From assembly GCA_041650495.1 (NCBI GenBank), contig JBAZLB010000002.1:165960-229959 (forward strand): DNA of 64,000 nt. Direction: 5' to 3'. Position 1 is the first letter of the stretch; every line of letters starts with the position of its first letter. The position numbers were made by a program, and so were the translations under genes. The notes beneath the pieces are model-generated. The model had not been told where the DNA came from. It did not search any database and worked only from the letters and a program-made list of their open reading frames with translations. Of the stretch, positions 40,802-50,109 are shown one piece after another. This stretch comes from Candidatus Omnitrophota bacterium. Its GTDB lineage: Bacteria > Omnitrophota > Gorgyraeia > Gygaellales > Profunditerraquicolaceae.

Positions 40802-41746
40802 CTAACCGGATATATTAAACTCCTCCCCGCCCACCCGCTTAAAAGGATGCCCTTCGGCATCACAAGGGTTACAGAATCCGTAATCCTGACAGAGAAAAAA
40901 CCCTCCGGGTAATACGATATGCAGGTTTTTGGCGAATATATTCCCCATTTTTTCTCCATGCCCGGTATAAAGTTTATAATGGCAATTATACATATCCCCG
41001 CTAGGAGAGAAAAGCACCTTATTCATCCGGCAATAAACAGGGCGTTTCTCCTTCTGGGAGAAACCCTCTGTGTAATCTTGATAATTATATATGCCATCCT
41101 CCTGCTGATAATTAATGTCATAGCCTTCTTTACAGGGGTATAATTTCCCCTGGTAATACCCCAGGAAACGCTGCACCTTGACTAAAGGATGCGCCTTTAA
41201 TAATTCCTTTTTATAACGCTGTATCTCCTCCATATGCCCGGGGTGGCCGACTATAAATATGGTGTGCACTTTAAAGCCTGTCTTTTTGACCTTAAGCATA
41301 TTCTCAATAAATTTATCCAGGGGGGTATAAAGAAAATGAAAGGAGCCGTTGAATTTGAGGTAGTACCTTTTTCTGATCTGCCTTAATTGCGCGGCATTGC
41401 CGGAAAAAAAGGGAGAGGTAAAATTGGAGGTAACGGTAATATTCCAGTTACGGTCAAGGTTATTGAGGATATAAACGAAGTCCGGATGCAGAGTAGGCTC
41501 TCCCCCGGTAATGGAGATCTTCTTTCTTTTGGCTGGCCTGAAGAAACGCCGTTTAACCCTGCCGGTAATGGAATTCAGAGCATCCACCCATTCCTTCCCG
41601 GAAACAAGGGGATAATGGGCTATCGGCTGGTTAGGTAAAGAAATCTTCTGCACGCAATAATCGCATTTAAAGGTGCAGGCTAAAGTCAGAAAAACCCCGA
41701 AGTAAGATTCAAAAGGCGCCTCAATTATTTTTCTTTCTAAAGACAA
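40802..41746 (-). CDS. Radical SAM enzyme with Cys-rich C-terminal (SPASM/twitch-like) extension, substrate unknown
   Basis: CTFKCDYC (CX3CX2C) cluster motif, GGEPTL glycine-rich SAM motif. C-terminal YCRMN..NCHYKLY..FLCQDYGFCNPCD auxiliary-cluster-like cysteines. Confidence 0.7.
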   Translation of the reverse strand: MSLERKIIEAPFESYFGVFLTLACTFKCDYCVQKISLPNQPIAHYPLVSGKEWVDALNSITGRVKRRFFRPAKRKKISITGGEPTLHPDFVYILNNLDRNWNITVTSNFTSPFFSGNAAQLRQIRKRYYLKFNGSFHFLYTPLDKFIENMLKVKKTGFKVHTIFIVGHPGHMEEIQRYKKELLKAHPLVKVQRFLGYYQGKLYPCKEGYDINYQQEDGIYNYQDYTEGFSQKEKRPVYCRMNKVLFSPSGDMYNCHYKLYTGHGEKMGNIFAKNLHIVLPGGFFLCQDYGFCNPCDAEGHPFKRVGGEEFNISG

Positions 41747-41955
41747 TTTTCTTCCTTTCTCATATGCATCCCCTGCCTGGATATCCTCTCACTTAAAGGC
41801 TGCCCTTAATTATAACACCAATAGCCAGAACATAAAATTTAATTTTTAAAGATACCTGCTTAGTGCTATAATGAGGCCTATAGCTACCTCTTAAGAGAAA
41901 GAGACCAAGAAGATTGAGATTGGCATACAATAACCTTGTTAAAAAGGAGGCTTAT

Positions 41956-42234
41956 ATGCCTGAAGATCTTAATGTATTTGAATTGATAAGGCTGGTCTTT
42001 TCCTGGCTCAACCCTATAATATTTGTCATAGGGGTTCTCTTATTAGCGGCTACTGAAAAAACATTTAAGAAAATAGAAGAATTCTTTGACCAGGAGAAAG
42101 GGTTTAAGAAAAGAGTGGTGCCGCTTTTGGAGAAAGATGCCTTTAATTTCCAGCAATGGACCATGAAAAACAGGCGGATAATCGGCCTGTTTTCTATTAT
42201 TTATGTTATCTGGTCAGCCACCATATTAAGGTAA
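41956..42234 (+). CDS. Small (92 aa) two-TM membrane protein, hypothetical
   Basis: Strong RBS AAAAGGAGG 7 nt upstream of the ATG at 41956. TATAAT-like box at ~41866. Hairpin terminators follow. Confidence 0.45.
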   Translation: MPEDLNVFELIRLVFSWLNPIIFVIGVLLLAATEKTFKKIEEFFDQEKGFKKRVVPLLEKDAFNFQQWTMKNRRIIGLFSIIYVIWSATILR

Positions 42235-42296
42235 TTTTCCCCGCTTAATCCTGCCGGGAATTCCCCCGGTATTTTCAGCCCAAGCTTAGGAATAAA

Positions 42297-42333
42297 TAAA
42301 AACCAGTAATCTTCTTGCTGGTTTTTATTTATT
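42297..42333 (+). terminator. Rho-independent terminator, possibly bidirectional
   Basis: AAAAACCAG-TAATCTTCTTG-CTGGTTTTTATTTATT: 8-9 bp stem then T-run, with an A-run upstream. A smaller CCGGG..CCCGG TATTTT hairpin lies at 42254-42275. Confidence 0.5.
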
Positions 42334-42386
42334 GCAGGGCTCAACTCCCCTTTAAGCCTATCTGCGATTCTAATCTTCTTACTCAG

Positions 42387-42545
42387 CTATTTTTGTCTTA
42401 ACAGGACAATGCCGCTTATTACAGACAATATTATGGTTACGTAATTATAGATAGCCCAGTAAGTGGCGTTATTCATAGCCATGCCTATAATTGTATAAAT
42501 CGCCAAAACCAACAACAACAGCCCGATTACTTGGTTCTTTTTCAT
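42387..42545 (-). CDS. Small hydrophobic protein (52 aa), hypothetical
   Basis: MKKNQVIGLLLLVLAIYTIIGMAMNNATYWAIYNYVTIILSVISGIVLLRQK. RBS GGAGGCGG upstream, preceded by the ATGAATAAAAACCAATTAA motif. Confidence 0.35.
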   Translation of the reverse strand: MKKNQVIGLLLLVLAIYTIIGMAMNNATYWAIYNYVTIILSVISGIVLLRQK

Positions 42546-42579
42546 AACCGCCTCCAAACGACTGTTAATTGGTTTTTAT

Positions 42580-42840
42580 TCATCTAATAATGTTTATAAT
42601 AAAGAATACCACCGCTACTATGGAGAAACCAGCTAAGAATATCCCCATTATTTTAGTATTGCGGATTTCTTTTTGCATAGAGATGGGTTCAATACGCCAA
42701 TTTATCTTTTCATAAAACTTCTTTTGGATTTCAATAGTCAGTTCAGGTTTAAAAAAGACGAATAGGCCGATTATAATGCTAGCCATAGGAAGTAAGATTA
42801 GAATAAACTGTGTATTTATAATCCAATCGATTACTCTCAT
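42580..42840 (-). CDS. Small two-TM membrane protein (86 aa), hypothetical
   Basis: Start ATG overlaps the upstream gene's TGA (ATGA), RBS GGGAGAG. Translationally coupled to the 42837..43286 gene. Confidence 0.4.
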   Translation of the reverse strand: MRVIDWIINTQFILILLPMASIIIGLFVFFKPELTIEIQKKFYEKINWRIEPISMQKEIRNTKIMGIFLAGFSIVAVVFFIINIIR

Positions 42841-43286
42841 CTCTCCCGCAATGTCCTTAGTGCCCATAGGATAAAGCGGATGGGCAAGAAAATCAAATAG
42901 AGGATCAATACTTTAACTATAAATACTTTACCGAAAAAAGAAATTGATAATTCAGACCTATAAACCGCATTAGAATTTACACAGCTTGATTCTCCTAAAT
43001 CAGATTTAATACGTGCCGTATCTATAAATTCCCTTATCCGTTTTTCAATAAGTTTTGGCGGTGGATGAAGAGCTTCTTTTATAATCTCTTTAGAATTATA
43101 ACCACTACGAATCTCTGGATATATATTTATAGTGTATGTTTCTCCGTTAAGAAACTCCAATTTATATTTTGGAAATACAACGGGCATTTCAGGAAGAAAA
43201 CGCAGGATTACATACAATACAACAGCTAACCCTATTATTATCATCCCTTCTATCGCTATTATCCGCTTAATCTTTTTCTTATCCAT
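42837..43286 (-). CDS. Membrane protein (149 aa) with N- and C-terminal TM segments, hypothetical
   Basis: Complete ORF in the low-GC islet, preceded by the ATGAATAAAAACCAATTAA motif. Confidence 0.4.
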   Translation of the reverse strand: MDKKKIKRIIAIEGMIIIGLAVVLYVILRFLPEMPVVFPKYKLEFLNGETYTINIYPEIRSGYNSKEIIKEALHPPPKLIEKRIREFIDTARIKSDLGESSCVNSNAVYRSELSISFFGKVFIVKVLILYLIFLPIRFILWALRTLRER

Positions 43287-43673
43287 TCTTGATCACTCAA
43301 GCAACTATTAATTGGTTTTTATTCATCTTTTCTTAAAGGTCTTTAATTTGTCTCTATACATCTGCTTCCTTTCTCTTAATAACCTTGATATATCCTTCTG
43401 TCTTCTTGTAATTCTTTCTCTTGGCATTACCTAAAATATTCCTTTTCCCTAAATGTACTTACCGCATGTTTTGCAATTAGTGAACTTGCTATATAGATCT
43501 CCTTTTGCAGAATAAAAAAGCAACCCCCTATTTTAAAGAATTACCCTTAGATTTTGCCTATTTTGGCCCTATAACCACTCTTTTGTGGTTGTAGGTGTAT
43601 TATATCATTTTTAAAGTATCATTTAAGGATTTTTGCAAAACTCTTCGCGATAGAAAGAAATCCGCTCAGACCA

Positions 43674-43711
43674 ACAAAAAAGCGGAGACTCTTAATCCCA
43701 GAATCTCCGCC
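43674..43711 (-). terminator. Rho-independent terminator ending the RND...DUF2934 transcript
   Basis: Minus strand GGCGGAGA-TTCTGGGATTAAGAG-TCTCCGC followed by TTTTTTG. Confidence 0.55.
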
Positions 43712-43945
43712 TTCTCTTTTATATGGTTGCGGGGGTCAGTATACTAAAGAACTATACTTCTGAATCAAAAGCAACCATATTATATAGAAATAGAGCAAAT
43801 ATCAAAAAATCATGGACATAAGAGATAGATTTTATGTCCGCTTTGTCCGGTCATTTTTGGATAGAAATTGCATAACTCTTTGGGAGATTAAGAGATAAGG
43901 TTGTCCACCTCTCTTTATCCGGACATAGGCAATAAATTACTGCTT

Positions 43946-44116
43946 TTAGAAACTACAGCCTAGTAATTCTTTCTTCATTTGGCTTTTTACAATTTTTTCA
44001 GCCTGCAGCCAATAATCTAAATCACGGCTATGCTTACACCCATCCTTTTTCCAGAGCTCTTCCGCCTTTACTCTTATATAATCGGTTAGGTCAATTTCTT
44101 TACTTTTCTTTTTCAT
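43946..44116 (-). CDS. DUF2934-family small protein (56 aa)
   Basis: MKKKSKEIDLTDYIRVKAEELWKKDGCKHSRDLDYWLQAEKIV.. matches the DUF2934 A-x-E-x-W...G...D...W..AE pattern as I recall it. RBS AAAGGAG. Below the 60-aa ORF-track cutoff. Confidence 0.5.
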   Translation of the reverse strand: MKKKSKEIDLTDYIRVKAEELWKKDGCKHSRDLDYWLQAEKIVKSQMKKELLGCSF

Positions 44117-44134
44117 AACAACTCCTTTCTTGGG

Positions 44135-45355
44135 CTAATTTGTATTTATCCCTGGCGGAGTTTTCTTCCAATTATATCCTTGTGCCGCTTCTTCATAGCC
44201 CAACTTAAAAAGCTCTCGCATTTCAACGGGGTCAAAAAGCTCCCTGGCTTTTGATACATGGGTTGCCGGGATATAAGCAAGATTAAAATCTCCCTTACCA
44301 TCTTTCGTAAATAAATATAACTGAAAAAGATCTCCTATGCTCTGGGCGTTTGTGATCGTATCTACGGCACGTTCAGTTATCGCGAAAAGAGTATCATGAA
44401 CTTCTTTATAGACAGGATCTACATAACCGTTCCTTATCACGTAAATTTTATACTTATTCCTGTGGACATCGATGCTCTTTTCTTTAAGCGCTTTATCAAA
44501 CCCCTGCAGTACATCGTAAAGAAAAAAAACCTGCTTACTTATCCCGCCGTCAACATGCATTTCATCATAGACTCTGTCACCGACCTCTACGTCCAAATAA
44601 ACCGGAGGACAAGCAATGGGTATAGATGCCGATGCCAATATAACCCTGCGAAACAACTCTAAGGCTTTATCATCTCCTATAGAGGCAACCTTACCCATAT
44701 CCCAGATAACAAGCCGCTCTGCATCAAGATTAGTCGTGCCTATATAAAGCCTGCGGCCTCCATTATACTCAATAGCTATTTCCTTCATTAATCGCGCATC
44801 GAAATAGCGCTCAATCAAAAGCTTTAATGGAGTGGTGCTGGCGATGGAATTACTGAAAGGAATTCTTATACGTGGCGAGCGTACCCGCATAATGTCTTTC
44901 GTAGAATACTGCGTGTATATTTCCTTTAATTTTTCATCGTAGCTGCTGCCCAAAAAAGCAAACGGCGCAGTTATCGCTCCGGTGCTTATGCCGGTAACCA
45001 CCTTAAAAACCGGCCGTGTGCCAGATTGCGACCAACCACTCAACAATCCGGCACCGTAGGCGCCGTTAGCCGCGCCCCCTGAGATAGCAAGCATTGAATA
45101 TGTCCGACTGGCTTTGAAATTAAAAAAAAGCGGGCCTTCTCTTTCTTCCTGCTCCAACAACTTAACATAATCATTTTTAAAAGAATCACTGGGGCTACCG
45201 CTGAACGCCCTGATATCCTGCATGCCGAAAACCCGCGCGCTACTTAATAAATCCGGCGGGATAGCATGCCGTACGCTTGCGCACCCGGAAATAAAAAAAA
45301 TGAATATACTAAATAAATATAGTAGTTTTCTTGTCACTATCCGTCTATACATCAA
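44135..45355 (-). CDS. Patatin-like phospholipase, predicted lipoprotein
   Basis: Lipobox FISGCAS. Oxyanion/G-rich SGGAANGAYGAG, nucleophile elbow GISTG, catalytic DGG (VDGGIS). Confidence 0.8.
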   Translation of the reverse strand: MMYRRIVTRKLLYLFSIFIFFISGCASVRHAIPPDLLSSARVFGMQDIRAFSGSPSDSFKNDYVKLLEQEEREGPLFFNFKASRTYSMLAISGGAANGAYGAGLLSGWSQSGTRPVFKVVTGISTGAITAPFAFLGSSYDEKLKEIYTQYSTKDIMRVRSPRIRIPFSNSIASTTPLKLLIERYFDARLMKEIAIEYNGGRRLYIGTTNLDAERLVIWDMGKVASIGDDKALELFRRVILASASIPIACPPVYLDVEVGDRVYDEMHVDGGISKQVFFLYDVLQGFDKALKEKSIDVHRNKYKIYVIRNGYVDPVYKEVHDTLFAITERAVDTITNAQSIGDLFQLYLFTKDGKGDFNLAYIPATHVSKARELFDPVEMRELFKLGYEEAAQGYNWKKTPPGINTN

Positions 45356-45812
45356 AATTTTCCATAGATTCTAAGGAATCAATAAGCATTGAAATGCCGC
45401 TTTCTATCATTCTTTTATCCTCTTCTCTCAACCCCCCAACAAGCACCCTGAAAAATTGTTTTCTGTGCGCCTCAAATTTTGCTAAATAATGCTTCCCCTT
45501 ATCCGTAAGCGCAACAGTCACTTTCCTTCGGTCTTTATCGTCTCGCTGGCGGGCGAGTAGTTTATGCTTAACAAGCTGATCGGCAAGATTCGTTGCAAAT
45601 GCGCCGGAAATAGACAAATCTTTTCTTATTCTATTCATCTCAACCGGCTTGCCGCTGCGCAGAAGAGATAAAACATGGAATTCAGAAAAAGAAACCCTTT
45701 GGCTCAAAGAATAATGCTGAGCGCGGGCATGCAAGCTCCGCATAAGCCTCTGGAGCAAGCCGGAAAGCCTTAAATAATAAGACTCTTCAAACACTGAGCT
45801 CTCCTTTTTCAA
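45345..45812 (-). CDS. MarR-family transcriptional regulator
   Basis: Winged-helix MarR core (..LSISGAFATNLADQLVKHKLLARQRDDKDRRKVTVALTDKG..). Confidence 0.8.
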   Translation of the reverse strand: MKKESSVFEESYYLRLSGLLQRLMRSLHARAQHYSLSQRVSFSEFHVLSLLRSGKPVEMNRIRKDLSISGAFATNLADQLVKHKLLARQRDDKDRRKVTVALTDKGKHYLAKFEAHRKQFFRVLVGGLREEDKRMIESGISMLIDSLESMENFDV

Positions 45813-46353
45813 TAAACGACAGGCTTATAGCAACTACCTCTGGATCGTATAACAAACCGCTATTTTGTTTAATTTCCTGCAGGGCTACATCCATACTTAA
45901 TGCCGGTCTATACACCTGTGGAGAAACCATTGTATCAACCACATCGGCAACGGTGACTATTCTTGTGACAGGATTAATGTCCCTGGCGTGCAGGCCGAAT
46001 GGATAGCCTGAGCCATTTAGTCTCTCGTGGTGCTGAAGCGCAACCTCCGCAGCTATGGATTCAGGCCTTATGTCTTTCAAGAAATGATAACCCAACTCCG
46101 GATGCTTCCTCATTATCGCAAACTCATTGTCATCAAGAGCGCCGCGCTTATTAAGGATCTCTTCCGGTATTTTAATCTTTCCGATATCATGAACAATTGC
46201 TGCAAAATGGATGTGCTTAATATCTGCGTCGGAATAACTCATTTTTTGAGCAATAGCGCACGCAAACCGGGCAACACGCCTTCCATGAGTATGGATCGTT
46301 TCGTTCTCGCTTAACATCTTCACGATTAAAAACAACGAGTCAAATTTTTTCAT
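45787..46353 (-). CDS. Stand-alone HD-GYP domain phosphodiesterase (c-di-GMP)
   Basis: HDIGK metal-binding motif and HHERLNGSGYP signature. Confidence 0.8.
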   Translation of the reverse strand: MKKFDSLFLIVKMLSENETIHTHGRRVARFACAIAQKMSYSDADIKHIHFAAIVHDIGKIKIPEEILNKRGALDDNEFAIMRKHPELGYHFLKDIRPESIAAEVALQHHERLNGSGYPFGLHARDINPVTRIVTVADVVDTMVSPQVYRPALSMDVALQEIKQNSGLLYDPEVVAISLSFIEKGELSV

Positions 46354-46357
46354 TCCC

Positions 46358-49300
46358 TTAATGTTTTATAAACCTTTTCTCAAAACATTGAAGATACCAA
46401 AAGACAACCGGCACGAGAACAAAAGTAAAAATGATCGAGGCCAGCATCCCGCCGATCATCACCGCGCCCATCGACTGCTTGATCTTGCTCAAGCTCCACA
46501 ATTGCGGTAACACGCCCAAGATAATGGCAAGCGAGGTCATGATAATCGCCCGGAATTTATCCGAGGCACCCTGCCAAAGCGCATCCTTGACCGCCACCCC
46601 CTCTTTCATCTTTACCAGGGTCTGATCCAGGAGCAAGATCGCATTATTCACCACCATACCTACCAGCATGACCATACCCATCATCGAAGCCACATTCATG
46701 CTCTGGTTGAGATAAAATAGTCCTAGAACCATTCCGGCGACAGAGGCAAGCACCGTAGTCATAACCGCCAAAGGATAAGCGATCAGCGAATTCATGATCG
46801 CGCACAATAACATAAATGTCAGAATGATCGCCAAAATAAATGCCCGACCCAATTCAACATTCGTCTCTTCCATATACTCCGAATATCCGGAGTATTTATA
46901 GCTATAGCCGTCGGGAAACTTAAGCGCCTTGAACTGTTTATCCAACTTCTTACTGACGATCCCCATGGAGCTCTTGCCCAAATAACCGTCAATGCGGATA
47001 ATCCTGTTGCGGTCACGGCGCCAGATGGTTGGAACGGCCTTATCGGTCTTTAACTCTCCTAGTTCGTTGATAGGAATAAGCCCTTTGCGCGAAAGAATGG
47101 ATATTTCCTTGATATCGTCAAAATTCTGAGCATAGACATCATCCATCTCCACGTTAACCTTATATTCTTCGCCTTTCTCTTTGTAAATATTGGAATCCTC
47201 GCCGTAAATGGAGTGCCGCATCACTGCTCCCACGCTAGCCGCGTTAAGTCCGAACTCGTTAAGCTTCCCCTCATTGGGAATTAGGCTCATCTGCTTCTTG
47301 GGGCTTTTATACGAAAGGACTACGCTTTGGAAATCGCCGCTTTTATACATTGCCTCTTTCATCTGCCGGGCCAAGTCCGCCATAACCGTGTAATCCGCGC
47401 CGTAAAGATCTATAGCTACGTCGCCTTCAGACATTGAGCTCATACCCTGCCGTACGCAATACGCTTCTGTATCCGGAATCTTGGAGATAAAAACAATCAG
47501 GTCGTCGATAATCTGCATATCACTGCGTTTGCGCTTGGTTGAAGGGGCCAGGTCCAAGGTAATCTTGGCGTTTTCCACGCCGTTTTGTCCGATATTGGAC
47601 AAGTAAGCGCTTTTCTCGGGTATCGTCTCCAAGTAAGCTTCGATACGCCTGACCACCTCCTCGGTGCGTTCGATGGTCGAGCCTTGAGGAAGGGAAAAGT
47701 TGATGACAATCTTGTTCTCGTCAGACTTGGGATGGAAATCATTCTCCACATAGGGGAAAAGCAAGAACGAACCGATCAGCGCTAAACAGCAAAAAGCAAT
47801 GGTCGAGCGCGGAAAACGGAACATAAGCTCAAATATATGCTTATACTGCTTCTTAAGAAATTCCATGGAGCCATCCATAGAAGCCGGGATCATTTTTATC
47901 CTGTAGCCGATCATCTGCATCAGCCCGGGCAGGGAAGGTTTCTTGGCTGTCTTGGACTGAAGCATTGCCGCGCACAACATTGGAGTCAGCGAGAACGAAG
48001 CCAGTAATGAAAAACAGGTAGCATAAACCACTGTCAGGCCGAATGCTCTCATCATCAGTCCAACCATCCCACCCATCATGGCGATTGGCATAAATACAAC
48101 CAGATTGGTGCCGGTGGAGGCGATGATCGGGATGATAACTTCCTTAGTCCCGTCAATCGCCGCCTTTTCCGGGTTGTCGTGGCGACTCAAATGCACCATC
48201 ACGTTCTCCAAAATCACCAAGGCGTTGGAAATAAGCGTCCCGATTACCGCAGCAATGGCAAGCAGGGTCATCATGTTAATGGAAAAACCCGACATCCACA
48301 TGGGAAACAGCGTAGAGATAATCGAGGTAGGAATAATGACTGCGGAAATAAAAGACATATCCCATCGGCCCAAAAACAGCAACAACAGGATTATAGTCAA
48401 AATGATGCCTATAAATATGTTCCATTCAGTATCCAGGGTTTCATTGACGATAAAAGTCGTGGTGTCGGTGGCGATTTCCAAATGCATTCCCTGCGGCAAC
48501 CCTTTCTGGAACTCCGCCAGTCTCTTGCGCATCTGCTGAGAGATGAACACCGCGTTACCATCGGAAGCCTTATTGACGGAAAGGCCAACTACGGGTTTGC
48601 CCTTATAGCGGGCGATAGTAGAGATCTTCTTAAAGCCATCCTCTACTACCGCAATGTCCTTTAGGCGGAACTCTCCGCCGTCGGATGAGACCAGGAGAGT
48701 ATCAGCGATCTCTTCTACGCTTGTGAATTCTCCGGTAAAACGCACGCTAAGAGCATCAAAACCTTTCTCGATATCCCCAGCAGGGACATTCTTATTGCGG
48801 GCCATGAGGGCCCCAACCACCTCGCTGATACTGATATAATGCTGCTTCATAAGCATGGGATCCAAACGGACATTAATCTGGCGCTTTTTGCCTCCGTATA
48901 CGTCAACCTTGGCCACGCCGCGGATAGATGAGAATTTGGTCTTTAGAGTTTTGTCTGCGTATTCGTATATTTCGCGCAGGTCGCCGGAGTCACCGGTCAA
49001 AACTATGTCTAGCACCGGCTCGATTAAAGGATCGTATTTCTCGATTACCGGTTTTTCTATCGCGTCCGGCAGGTCGTTAAGGATGGCCTCAACTTTATCC
49101 TTAACCTCTATGGACTTGACATTGACGTCAGCGGAAAGCAGGAATTCTACGAAGATATATCCGAAACTATCATAGGACTGGCTTTTGAGTTTCTTGACCT
49201 CAGAAACCTCGGAAATAGCGTCTTCGATCTTTTTGACTACCAGTGTCTCCACCTCCAGAGGGGTCGCCCCCGGATATGCCACGGAAACCGTGACAATCGG

Positions 49301-49420
49301 AAAATCGACCTTCGGAGTCTTCTCAATCATCAGGTTAGAATAACTGAACAGCCCCAAGACCACGAATACCAACACGAACATGACCGTGGTGACCTTATGT
49401 TTAACAAAATACTCTATCAT
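46358..49420 (-). CDS. RND efflux transporter permease (AcrB/HAE1-like)
   Basis: 1020 aa, 12 TM helices with two large periplasmic loops, typical AcrB family architecture. Confidence 0.9.
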   Translation of the reverse strand: MIEYFVKHKVTTVMFVLVFVVLGLFSYSNLMIEKTPKVDFPIVTVSVAYPGATPLEVETLVVKKIEDAISEVSEVKKLKSQSYDSFGYIFVEFLLSADVNVKSIEVKDKVEAILNDLPDAIEKPVIEKYDPLIEPVLDIVLTGDSGDLREIYEYADKTLKTKFSSIRGVAKVDVYGGKKRQINVRLDPMLMKQHYISISEVVGALMARNKNVPAGDIEKGFDALSVRFTGEFTSVEEIADTLLVSSDGGEFRLKDIAVVEDGFKKISTIARYKGKPVVGLSVNKASDGNAVFISQQMRKRLAEFQKGLPQGMHLEIATDTTTFIVNETLDTEWNIFIGIILTIILLLLFLGRWDMSFISAVIIPTSIISTLFPMWMSGFSINMMTLLAIAAVIGTLISNALVILENVMVHLSRHDNPEKAAIDGTKEVIIPIIASTGTNLVVFMPIAMMGGMVGLMMRAFGLTVVYATCFSLLASFSLTPMLCAAMLQSKTAKKPSLPGLMQMIGYRIKMIPASMDGSMEFLKKQYKHIFELMFRFPRSTIAFCCLALIGSFLLFPYVENDFHPKSDENKIVINFSLPQGSTIERTEEVVRRIEAYLETIPEKSAYLSNIGQNGVENAKITLDLAPSTKRKRSDMQIIDDLIVFISKIPDTEAYCVRQGMSSMSEGDVAIDLYGADYTVMADLARQMKEAMYKSGDFQSVVLSYKSPKKQMSLIPNEGKLNEFGLNAASVGAVMRHSIYGEDSNIYKEKGEEYKVNVEMDDVYAQNFDDIKEISILSRKGLIPINELGELKTDKAVPTIWRRDRNRIIRIDGYLGKSSMGIVSKKLDKQFKALKFPDGYSYKYSGYSEYMEETNVELGRAFILAIILTFMLLCAIMNSLIAYPLAVMTTVLASVAGMVLGLFYLNQSMNVASMMGMVMLVGMVVNNAILLLDQTLVKMKEGVAVKDALWQGASDKFRAIIMTSLAIILGVLPQLWSLSKIKQSMGAVMIGGMLASIIFTFVLVPVVFWYLQCFEKRFIKH

Positions 49421-50109
49421 TGAGTCAATTCCTTCTTATCTGTTTTTCCGGCGTTTACTACCCGCAGCCGGTCATTATCCTCAAGCATACTCTGTCCGCT
49501 AAAGATTACTTTATCCCCGGATTGCAGCCCTTCGGAGATTATCGCGCCATAGCCGTTGCGTAACCGGATAACCACTTTGCCTTTCTTGGCGAAGCCATTC
49601 TCATCTTTCCAGACAAAATATTCGTCTCCGGCGATATCTAATACTTCATTGGAAACGGCTAATACGTTATGCAGCGTCGTGGTATGAGCGCGAACCACTA
49701 ACGCAACTCCCGGATCCCGAGGCTTATTGAACTCTATTTCTACCGGAAACATACCGGCGTCCATATCTAATTCCGCGCCTATGCTTTTTAATCGGGCGCA
49801 AACAACAGATTTATCGGCCGGATCGTATATCTCTTGCCCTTCCCGAAGCGCATTCTTTACTTCACCGGTGACAAAACCGCGGGCAAGGCGTCCGTCAATA
49901 ATTCTGACCGTAAACTGGGCGTAGACGGGGACATCCTCAGTCTTAATCACCCGAACCTCAACCGGCTTTCCGGCCTTCTTCCATTCCTCATAGAAACTGA
50001 CGATTGCCTTTCCGCGAGCCGCCTTGACCGCCTGGATACGTATTACGACGGAAGCTAAACTAACGATAATAATTATTAAGTATACCGTCTCTCGCTTAAG
50101 GTTTTTCAT
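49417..50109 (-). CDS. Short periplasmic adaptor (membrane fusion protein, HlyD/AcrA family)
   Basis: N-terminal TM anchor, beta-barrel/lipoyl-like segments, 4-nt overlap with the RND gene. Only 230 aa, so the alpha-hairpin appears reduced. Confidence 0.6.
   Translation of the reverse strand: MKNLKRETVYLIIIIVSLASVVIRIQAVKAARGKAIVSFYEEWKKAGKPVEVRVIKTEDVPVYAQFTVRIIDGRLARGFVTGEVKNALREGQEIYDPADKSVVCARLKSIGAELDMDAGMFPVEIEFNKPRDPGVALVVRAHTTTLHNVLAVSNEVLDIAGDEYFVWKDENGFAKKGKVVIRLRNGYGAIISEGLQSGDKVIFSGQSMLEDNDRLRVVNAGKTDKKELTQ

Noticed and set aside
40802-41746. Radical SAM enzyme as prokaryotic viperin
   Set aside because: No adjacent nucleotide kinase, and the cysteine-rich C-terminus is unlike viperin. 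Motif spacing alone is insufficient.
43310-43414. 34-aa Arg/Lys-rich minus-strand ORF (MPRERITRRQKDISRLLRERKQMYRDKLKTFKKR) whose stop overlaps the ATGAATAAA motif
   Set aside because: Weak RBS, no recognisable homolog (not bL34 or bL36-like), and the AT-rich context makes a spurious ORF likely. Kept only as a note.
44135-45355. Patatin-like phospholipase as a CBASS or other defense effector
   Set aside because: No cyclase, CD-NTase, STING or E1/E2 genes nearby. The protein has a lipoprotein signal peptide and sits in an efflux operon.
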